Positions 6,028-13,060 of a stretch of DNA of 15,111 nucleotides are shown here, piece after piece (positions within the stretch are counted from its first letter, which is position 1; each line of letters starts with the position of its first letter). The notes beneath the pieces were generated by a model that was not told the origin of the DNA, did not search any database, and saw nothing but the letters and a program-made list of their open reading frames with translations. The position numbers were made by a program, and so were the translations under genes. This DNA comes from Nitrospinota bacterium. GTDB taxonomy: Bacteria > Nitrospinota > Nitrospinia > Nitrospinales > VA-1. Location: positions 1-15,111 of the forward strand of contig JAYNIA010000057.1 in the NCBI GenBank assembly GCA_038108555.1. The letters are read 5' to 3'.

Positions 6028-7914
6028 TCATTTTAAACGTTCCGCTATTTGTTTATTCCCAGAATGCATTTTCTTTTTAAATCCAGGATCGAGATGATAC
6101 ACATGACAAGTTTGACAATCCTGAACTATCTGGGATTCGGTATGACATTGAACACATGCTTTCCTTTTTATCGATGCAAAGTTGCTGGACCAGTTCGTTG
6201 CATCAAAACTCTTAAACGAAGCCATATATTCTGCCTTACCATCTAAAATATGGCAATTGGAACAGGAGCTGGTTTTTCCCATTATTTCTATGTGGCTGGA
6301 ATGGGCATATTGGGAATGGGGTCGGTTATTTACATCCTTGTAACGCCATTCGACTTTCAGCTCCTTATTTCCCTCGGCATCCGCTAACTCACTCACAGCA
6401 TGGCATTTAACACAGCCTCCCACACCTTCTTTAGGTGAAATGACCTGATCTCGCATTGCAACTGCACGAGCTTCCTTATCGCCATCTCCCTCCTTTGAAG
6501 ATACTGCCAGGGCAAACTCCACCCAGGCTTTCGCAACCGGATCACGATGCCCCATCGGTTTATAACGAACCTCAAGCATGTCCGCATACCAACCGCCAAA
6601 TTTTGCCTCAACGGGAGGTTCATATTCCAGGTTCAAACCCCACGAACAAGCGGCACGTTTCAGAACCTCTGGATTCAACCCGGTTAAAAGTTTGTGAGCC
6701 ATAGGGGTTTCGGTTTGGGTGTTTATCAAATCCTCAACTGAGAGAATACTATCTTCCGTCATTGCCATAATCAGCTCTTGCAAAGGCTGCTCATAAGTTT
6801 CCGGATCGTCTTCAGGAACATCCAGTAGAAAAGTACTGATCAAAGCTGGCATTTCAGTAGAGACACTGAGAAATTCCTCCTCTGCTTCATGGGCAGGAGA
6901 ATTACAAGCCTGCGTTAATGCTTCATGGTCAATATGATTTTTCATAAACTCAGGAAGGCGCAATAAAACCATCTCTTTCTTCTTTATTTGGGAGCCATGA
7001 CAATCAGCACAAATCTTTTCAAACGCCTGAGGCCTTACCTCCCTATCGGACAAGGTCACCTGATGACAACCAATGCAAGAAGAAGGGGCCTTCTGTGTAA
7101 ATTTGGGATTTTCAAAATGTTTATTTAAATGCGATCCGTGATCAAACTTAATCGAATTTCGGTTGAAATAGGGATACTTTTCAGGAAACTCAGGATGCCC
7201 CTTTGTAAAACTTTCAAATTTGTTTTTATGGCAAGTGTTGCATTGGACACTGGTCGATTGCAATGTGCTCATCCTTTGCCCATTGTGTTCCCGATGACAC
7301 ATAATGCATTCGGTTTTCATAACTTCCCTGCCCTTTGCCAGATCATTGTTATGCGGTATCGAATCAGGGCCCCCAAAAGAATGGCAGTTTACACAACTAA
7401 CTGAAATATCTTCCCGGGTAAAAACTGCTTTAATCCAGCCTACCGGGCCCTTACCATGAGCAGAGTGACAAGAAGAACAGCCCTGCGTTGCAGTAAATTT
7501 TTCATGGGCTTTGGATAATGGACCGGCATCTGAAATACTGACGAACCCACCGCCATCAGGATTTAAAGCCTGTGACGTAGCGAGTAATGCAAGAATGGCT
7601 GCCACAACCAAAAGGGAAATCTGGCCTCGGTTTGCCCGAATCGTTTTCCTCGGAGCACAAGGAGGACGTTGCCAGGAGCATTCCCCATTGGGTCCCGGTC
7701 CCTCTTCACAAGAACCTCCGTAACGTTTTTCGCGGCGACACGACCAGCGCCCTTTTTTAAAAAAAGGCTCACAATCCTGAGTTCCCCCGCAACTGCCATC
7801 TATTTTTGGCCCCTTGAAACAGGGAGTTCTCCATAGAGCCCCTCTTCCGCAACGGTAAGGGAAATTGGGCCTCTCATAAGGGCTTTTATCGTGATCGAAT
7901 TTATTTTCGTCCAT
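6028..7914 (-). CDS. Membrane-anchored decaheme c-type cytochrome with N-terminal Cys-rich cytoplasmic domain
   Basis: 628 aa. Ten CxxCH motifs (CSSCH, CVNCH, CIMCH, CNTCH, CIGCH, CADCH, CVKCH, CSNCH, CVQCH, CQTCH) and c3/c7-like FDHGSH and YAHSSH distal-His motifs. TM helix at aa ~99-117 is preceded by 8 non-heme Cys. ATG directly abuts the upstream TAA. Confidence 0.9.
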   Translation of the reverse strand: MDENKFDHDKSPYERPNFPYRCGRGALWRTPCFKGPKIDGSCGGTQDCEPFFKKGRWSCRREKRYGGSCEEGPGPNGECSWQRPPCAPRKTIRANRGQISLLVVAAILALLATSQALNPDGGGFVSISDAGPLSKAHEKFTATQGCSSCHSAHGKGPVGWIKAVFTREDISVSCVNCHSFGGPDSIPHNNDLAKGREVMKTECIMCHREHNGQRMSTLQSTSVQCNTCHKNKFESFTKGHPEFPEKYPYFNRNSIKFDHGSHLNKHFENPKFTQKAPSSCIGCHQVTLSDREVRPQAFEKICADCHGSQIKKKEMVLLRLPEFMKNHIDHEALTQACNSPAHEAEEEFLSVSTEMPALISTFLLDVPEDDPETYEQPLQELIMAMTEDSILSVEDLINTQTETPMAHKLLTGLNPEVLKRAACSWGLNLEYEPPVEAKFGGWYADMLEVRYKPMGHRDPVAKAWVEFALAVSSKEGDGDKEARAVAMRDQVISPKEGVGGCVKCHAVSELADAEGNKELKVEWRYKDVNNRPHSQYAHSSHIEIMGKTSSCSNCHILDGKAEYMASFKSFDATNWSSNFASIKRKACVQCHTESQIVQDCQTCHVYHLDPGFKKKMHSGNKQIAERLK

Positions 7915-8721
7915 TTAATTAAAGAAAACCTGAATAACAATTAAGTGCCATATCACCATTGTCATAACAGCCGCCGCCAAAGGCACATGAACAAGCAACC
8001 AGTTTTTCAACATGGTTTGCAAAGAATAATGGAAATCAATTTTCCGTTTTGTTTCTGCGAGAGCAAAAATTTGTTCCAGATATTCACGCTCCGCCTGATT
8101 TAAAAACCTTTCCAGAATGGAACACTGCTCTTTTACCCAGGTCTGTGCATTTTGCCCCCCAAAGATATTATTAAGGAAAAATCGAGGACGCTGAAAAAAC
8201 CAACCCAATGTTTCCAAATAATGTTGTGCAAGGGTATCACTCCCTGTTTTTTCAGTACACTCCAGAACCAGCCTTTCTGCCTTATTCCTTATTTCTGCTA
8301 TATCCCTTGGAATTCGCTCATAGATACATTCAAGACCAATTCGGGTTAAAAGATGCGGATAAACCTTTTCTATAATCAAACCCACAATTCCTGACAAAGT
8401 GGTTATATAAAATAGAATGGAAAGAATCTGAACATACAATCCTTTGGGCCATAAAACTCCTGCATGCAACCAGAATAAAAAAAGGGCAAGAAACCCAGTC
8501 ACCGTATGGAGCAAAAACCATTTATGGGCAGGCCATAGAGGAAGAAAAGGCAAGCGCTTACGCAGATTGAACAAGCATAAAAAGAAAATAATGAAAAATA
8601 ATCCGCCACCACTAATAAACTCGGGATAGCCGAGGGAGTCTTCTACTTTTAATGTCCAAACCCAAACAAGAACAAAATAGGCAATGGCAAAAGCAATGTA
8701 ACCCCATAATTTTTTCATCAC
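7915..8721 (-). CDS. Putative diheme cytochrome b membrane subunit (ferric-reductase/NOX-like TM domain)
   Basis: 268 aa (GTG 8721 or ATG 8718; TAGTGATG overlap with upstream stop). Five hydrophobic helices. Two intramembrane H-x13-H pairs (H72/H86 and H245/H259), RKR after TM2, and a ~120 aa soluble loop before the last helix. Confidence 0.75.
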   Translation of the reverse strand: MMKKLWGYIAFAIAYFVLVWVWTLKVEDSLGYPEFISGGGLFFIIFFLCLFNLRKRLPFLPLWPAHKWFLLHTVTGFLALFLFWLHAGVLWPKGLYVQILSILFYITTLSGIVGLIIEKVYPHLLTRIGLECIYERIPRDIAEIRNKAERLVLECTEKTGSDTLAQHYLETLGWFFQRPRFFLNNIFGGQNAQTWVKEQCSILERFLNQAEREYLEQIFALAETKRKIDFHYSLQTMLKNWLLVHVPLAAAVMTMVIWHLIVIQVFFN

Positions 8722-10439
8722 TAAGCCCCCATATCTCCACCCCAGGTCACATCTCTAAAATCCACTCTATTTAATGCATCATGGGGGCATGCAAAAGCGC
8801 AGGCAGGACCTGTGACCTGGTCAACACAAAGATCGCATTTTGTTGCTTTGATAATGGGTTTATGATTTTGCGGATCTAATATAAGTTCCCCTTCATCATC
8901 ACGAATGGAAACCATCCGAATATTTGAATAGGGGCAGGAGTTTGCGCAGGTCTCGCACCCTATGCAAGTGTCGTCATTGATAACAACCATTCCGCCTGAC
9001 ATCGTGCGATGAATCGCACCGGTAGGACAACCGATCATACAAACCGGGTCCGCACAATGCATACATGCATTGGCCACCATCCAGTTCTGGAATGTTTTTC
9101 CATGCCTGACAAACCTTGGGTTCCCATCGTGTGTTGCAGAACACGCACGGACACAATCATCACAGCGTACACACCGATCCAGATTAATCAACATCGCCTG
9201 GGTGCCGTTGACGAAACGCTCTTGAACCGCCCATTCCTGCAATGCACCTTCTGCCAGAGTCTGGTTAAAAAAATCCTGCAACCTTCTGCGTCTGCCCTGA
9301 TCTGGTTTGCCGTCCCGGGTTCCCCCAGGTCTTCCTGACTCCCAATAGGCAAACAAATGTTTCTCAATCGTCTTTGTGGGAACGCGCAAAACTTCTACAT
9401 AGCCGAGGGCGGTAATTGTTACCTTTAGACTGACGTTCAACTCACCTTTCCAGGCTCGATAGAGTTCATCGGCACCATAAAAATCTCCAGCTCCGAGATA
9501 GGTAATCGTTTGTCTTCCATTCCCTCTTTGCACGGAGACCCTTGCAAATCCCGCGCGCACCATCAATACTCCGTCAGGATACGTTCCTTCCAGAGTAATC
9601 TCCGGTTCATCTTTAACCCCTTCAATCCGGTCCTGCCCCTGCATTTTTTTATAGGAAAGATGCCAGTCAAATGTTCCGTAAGTTTCAAAGAGGGTATTAT
9701 CTGCAACCTCCTGAAGGTCATCATTATCCAGGTGAGAAAAAATGGAAGTGGCACCCAGGTGGGCTTTGAGAGCATTTTGGCGATAACGTTCATCGATCAA
9801 TCTTCGCCATCCCTGGTCGTATTTTCTAAACTCCCTGAGCCCTTGCCATCTTATTTCTAAAAGTTCTGAGTCCGATTCAGAAAATACGGTGGAAGTTCTG
9901 GGTGTTCTCCCCAGGGCAGCGAGTTCCCCAAACAACGCACCTTCATTTAGAATTGCAGTTTTATTGGAATCTAGAATGGCGGGAACATCCTGGAGAAAAA
10001 CGTGGGTGGAACCAGGATCTTTGTTTTCACGAAGCCCAGCTTTTTGATCGTAACGCTGGACATCCCTGAACTCCGGGGACTTCTTTTGCGTCCACAATTG
10101 TTTCAGGGCTTGCCAAAAATTTTTTTTCTGGATTTTCCTACGGCCCAGCATCTCACCGGGAAGTCCAGGGGCCAACACCACACGTAAGGACCCGTTGAGA
10201 ACCAGAAACGCTGAATTGCCATAATCCCCTTCACGTATGACAATGTCGCCCGCTTTGTAACGCATGATCCGGGCATCGTTTCTTAGTATCCCGGCAAGCG
10301 AAATTCGAGTCGGGAACTTATCCGCTTCAATGGCTCTAATTTCAGGAATGCCCAACAAGCGTTCAACATCCGCATCCGTCATGTCGGAGCCAAACGGCTG
10401 ATCCCAACGCTGTGGACGTGACTGGGTTGTGATAGTCAT
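8721..10439 (-). CDS. Cytoplasmic fusion of two cyclic-nucleotide-binding (CAP-fold) domains with a DmsB/NrfC-type 4x[4Fe-4S] domain
   Basis: 572 aa, GGAG RBS, no signal peptide. cNMP domain 1: GDIVIREGDYG..AFLVL.G...FGELAAL...PRTST. Domain 2 is degenerate: EG.YPDGV.MVRAG...YLGAGDFYG. Sixteen Cys in CVRCDDCVRAC, CMHCADPVCMIGCP, CIGCETCANSCP and KCDLC...PACAFACP. Confidence 0.9.
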   Translation of the reverse strand: MTITTQSRPQRWDQPFGSDMTDADVERLLGIPEIRAIEADKFPTRISLAGILRNDARIMRYKAGDIVIREGDYGNSAFLVLNGSLRVVLAPGLPGEMLGRRKIQKKNFWQALKQLWTQKKSPEFRDVQRYDQKAGLRENKDPGSTHVFLQDVPAILDSNKTAILNEGALFGELAALGRTPRTSTVFSESDSELLEIRWQGLREFRKYDQGWRRLIDERYRQNALKAHLGATSIFSHLDNDDLQEVADNTLFETYGTFDWHLSYKKMQGQDRIEGVKDEPEITLEGTYPDGVLMVRAGFARVSVQRGNGRQTITYLGAGDFYGADELYRAWKGELNVSLKVTITALGYVEVLRVPTKTIEKHLFAYWESGRPGGTRDGKPDQGRRRRLQDFFNQTLAEGALQEWAVQERFVNGTQAMLINLDRCVRCDDCVRACSATHDGNPRFVRHGKTFQNWMVANACMHCADPVCMIGCPTGAIHRTMSGGMVVINDDTCIGCETCANSCPYSNIRMVSIRDDEGELILDPQNHKPIIKATKCDLCVDQVTGPACAFACPHDALNRVDFRDVTWGGDMGA

Positions 10440-10547
10440 CCATCCACTCCTTCAGGTATAAAAAATGAAGCCTTAAAGGCTATTCTGTTTGAAACCCAAT
10501 ATCTACCTCTAAGCTGCTCAACAAGCGCTTCTAATTTTAACCAGAAA

Positions 10548-11522
10548 TTATTTATAATCTCCTTTGGCTGGGAGCTTGCTTCCTACCGCACCCGTCAGAT
10601 CCTTACCCGCGATAGCTGCTGCCAACTTCAAAGCATTTTCCCGGGTTGGGGAAGCCAACAGTTCTGCAGCTTCTGCAACACCAGAAAGAGCAGCCCTGGC
10701 ATTTTCAGCACGTTTTTTTTGCGCCTCAATATATTTGGCCTCTTTGGATTTTGACATGACGCTCGTTGCCGAAACCAAAGCCGCTGCCTGACCTATCACA
10801 AAAAACTCAGCCTGTTCCTTAGGAGTCATTTCTGCATTTGTTTTCATATTCGGAGGATAGTGTCTGTGTCGGACGGAGCCCTGTGAGTATTTCACCAATT
10901 CAAAATCAGGGTTGATGGGATGTCCCGCTCCCAGCATTTTTGCAAGGTCGTCTGCCTTCAAATTAGGATTGGCAAGCCCGTGACAGGTCATGCAGTTTTC
11001 TGCCACTTCATACTTCATGGTGGGCCAGATCAAACCAGCGGCTTTTGAGTCGGCAATTCTTTTGGCTTTATGATCAGCAGATTCCGCTTCTCTTTTTACA
11101 TCCTTGCCACCATAATTATCATGAATTTTCAACCAGTCCGATGAAGGCCCGTGACAGCTTTCACAAGAAGTACCTGATTTTGCCTGGGGTTTTGCTCCTG
11201 CATCTTTTTTCTCAAGAGTGTAATGGCAAAGATAACAAGTTTCGTTTCTCTTCATTCGTTTTTGACCACCCACCGCACTCAAAATCTTTTTAGGGGAAGG
11301 TTTACTTGAGTCTTTGGGCTCCCGATGAACCGTACGAAAAGACGTATAATGTTTTGTTTTTTCCCAGATCTTAAACTCTTCTTCATGGCATTCTTCGCAA
11401 AGCTTGGCGCCTCTCACAAAAGCATCAGCGTTCACCACAGAAGGCATGACAAACCCTGCGGCCACTACCCAGCCCAAAAGAAAAAGGAAAGCTAAATTAA
11501 AACAATTCTTATCTGGTTTCAT
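10548..11522 (-). CDS. Periplasmic tetraheme cytochrome c (c554/c-552 family N-terminal fold)
   Basis: Probable start ATG 11522 (AGAGGG RBS; ORF track starts at 11546), giving 324 aa. Signal peptide ends near VNA-DA. Heme motifs CEECH, CYLCH, CESCH, CMTCH. GA..C..CH......W..TKH and G.SCESCHGP signatures; Ala-rich helical C-terminal domain. Confidence 0.85.
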   Translation of the reverse strand: MKPDKNCFNLAFLFLLGWVVAAGFVMPSVVNADAFVRGAKLCEECHEEEFKIWEKTKHYTSFRTVHREPKDSSKPSPKKILSAVGGQKRMKRNETCYLCHYTLEKKDAGAKPQAKSGTSCESCHGPSSDWLKIHDNYGGKDVKREAESADHKAKRIADSKAAGLIWPTMKYEVAENCMTCHGLANPNLKADDLAKMLGAGHPINPDFELVKYSQGSVRHRHYPPNMKTNAEMTPKEQAEFFVIGQAAALVSATSVMSKSKEAKYIEAQKKRAENARAALSGVAEAAELLASPTRENALKLAAAIAGKDLTGAVGSKLPAKGDYK

Positions 11523-11591
11523 AGCACCCTCTCTAAAAAAATACATCTATCTTTATGTTTTATTGATTTCGGTGATTTATTTTTAATTCGC

Positions 11592-13004
11592 TTAAAACTG
11601 GTAACGGATTTCTGTTCGAATGGTAGAGCCATCATTACGCTTTTCCAGAACCGAGTAAGAAGCGTCAAATTGCCATTGGATCCGGTGAGCCAGTCTCTGC
11701 CGAAATTCAAAACCAAAGGCGACATCATCAAATCCAGCACCCCCGATATCTTTCCGGCTGGCGATTTCAAGAGTTAAACTTCTGCGATGGTCTTCCCAAA
11801 AAGCCTCATAACCAACGACCAAACCTGCGACATCGGTGGTGAAGTTATTAAGCTCTGATAAAAAGTTACCAACCCCGGGTGAGGCGAACAGAATTCCCAA
11901 TCCACCCAGCGCTCCACCAACCACCGGTTCCCGGCCTGCCTGCGTATAGTTTCCGTCCGCAAGAAAGGCGTTTACATAAGCAATATCATCGGAGCCGTGA
12001 GGTGTCCATGAAACTTCTGAGGTATATATGGTTCCCGTGCCTGCTTTAGGACTGTCTGCCCCTGGTTCAAAGGAGGCATTTATCCGGAAAGCCGTGTTGA
12101 AATGACCGATCCTTTGAATGGCTGCAACACCAAAATTAAAACTATCTCCGGTGGTTTGCTCGTCCTGGATGGCGATCATATCAATATTAATCGTATGACC
12201 GGGAGTGTCAATTGAGTTGAACCATCCGAACAAATCTGCAGATCTATTCAAACGGGCGTTGGCCCGGTTCAACTCATTCCAGCCATAAACAAAGGTACTT
12301 CTCATTCCCGAAATTCCTGCAAAACGAATATTATTTCGAACGATTCCCACGGCATCAATCGTTTCATTAATCATGATGGCATTTTGAAACGTGAAGGCCT
12401 GCCTTCCCACAGAGAAACCCATATCAATTGGTTTTTTTCCTATCGGATCCAGCCCTGGAAACAGACTTCCAAAATCACCCTCGAAAAACAAAGTCCGTAT
12501 ATTTAAATTGGGTTCAATTTTACTAGGGCCAAAATCATCATTGAGCTGAACCCGGGTAAACCGGTTAAACTCATTTCTGTCCAGGGGACGCACCCCAATA
12601 ATTAGTTTTTCTGTGTGGGTTAACTGAAGATTGGCAAAGAGGCTGAGGCGCGTTGCCCATTCTGCAGATGAAGGACGAACCCCATTATCAAAATAAAACA
12701 AGGAAGTTCGAAGCGTACCAAAAATCCATAATTGAGGCTGCCAGACAGCACCCCAGGGAGTTTCAAAACCTTCCTGCAAATTACCCGTGCCAAGAAACAG
12801 GTCACCCCCCTCGTAAATCAGGGGTGGTCGGTTCCCAGTATCTGAAGGTTCCTTAAGTTGAATTTTTTCATCAGAGAAACGACTGACGCCGAAAGACTCA
12901 CCCAGGGGATAGAGGTCACAAAAAGCAGGTGGCACAAAAGCCAAGAAAAAACCCGTAACCAGAACGCATAACAAACCCAATCGTCGTTTAATGCCGTTTC
13001 CCAT
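11592..13004 (-). CDS. Outer-membrane beta-barrel (porin-like) protein
   Basis: Probable start ATG 13004 (GAGGAGG RBS; ORF track starts at 13028), giving 470 aa. Sec signal peptide (..FVPPAFC-D). Many alternating amphipathic strands (LSLFANLQLT, FNTAFRINAS, VAFGFEFRQ, WQFDASYS) and C-terminal IRYQF BAM-type beta-signal. No heme motif. Confidence 0.75.
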   Translation of the reverse strand: MGNGIKRRLGLLCVLVTGFFLAFVPPAFCDLYPLGESFGVSRFSDEKIQLKEPSDTGNRPPLIYEGGDLFLGTGNLQEGFETPWGAVWQPQLWIFGTLRTSLFYFDNGVRPSSAEWATRLSLFANLQLTHTEKLIIGVRPLDRNEFNRFTRVQLNDDFGPSKIEPNLNIRTLFFEGDFGSLFPGLDPIGKKPIDMGFSVGRQAFTFQNAIMINETIDAVGIVRNNIRFAGISGMRSTFVYGWNELNRANARLNRSADLFGWFNSIDTPGHTINIDMIAIQDEQTTGDSFNFGVAAIQRIGHFNTAFRINASFEPGADSPKAGTGTIYTSEVSWTPHGSDDIAYVNAFLADGNYTQAGREPVVGGALGGLGILFASPGVGNFLSELNNFTTDVAGLVVGYEAFWEDHRRSLTLEIASRKDIGGAGFDDVAFGFEFRQRLAHRIQWQFDASYSVLEKRNDGSTIRTEIRYQF

Positions 13005-13060
13005 CAACACTGCCCTCCTCCAAAGCAATGGCTAACCTGCCAAATCTTTCAAAAAATTAA

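Noticed and set aside
8721..10439. Calling the cNMP protein a CRP/FNR transcription factor
   Set aside because: No C-terminal HTH; the C-terminus is a four-cluster ferredoxin domain.
6028..13004. Calling the decaheme and barrel MtrA/MtrB (or DmsE/DmsF)
   Set aside because: The decaheme has a TM anchor, a cytoplasmic Cys domain and a 194-aa insert, unlike compact MtrA heme spacing. The barrel is much shorter than MtrB and is not adjacent to the decaheme.
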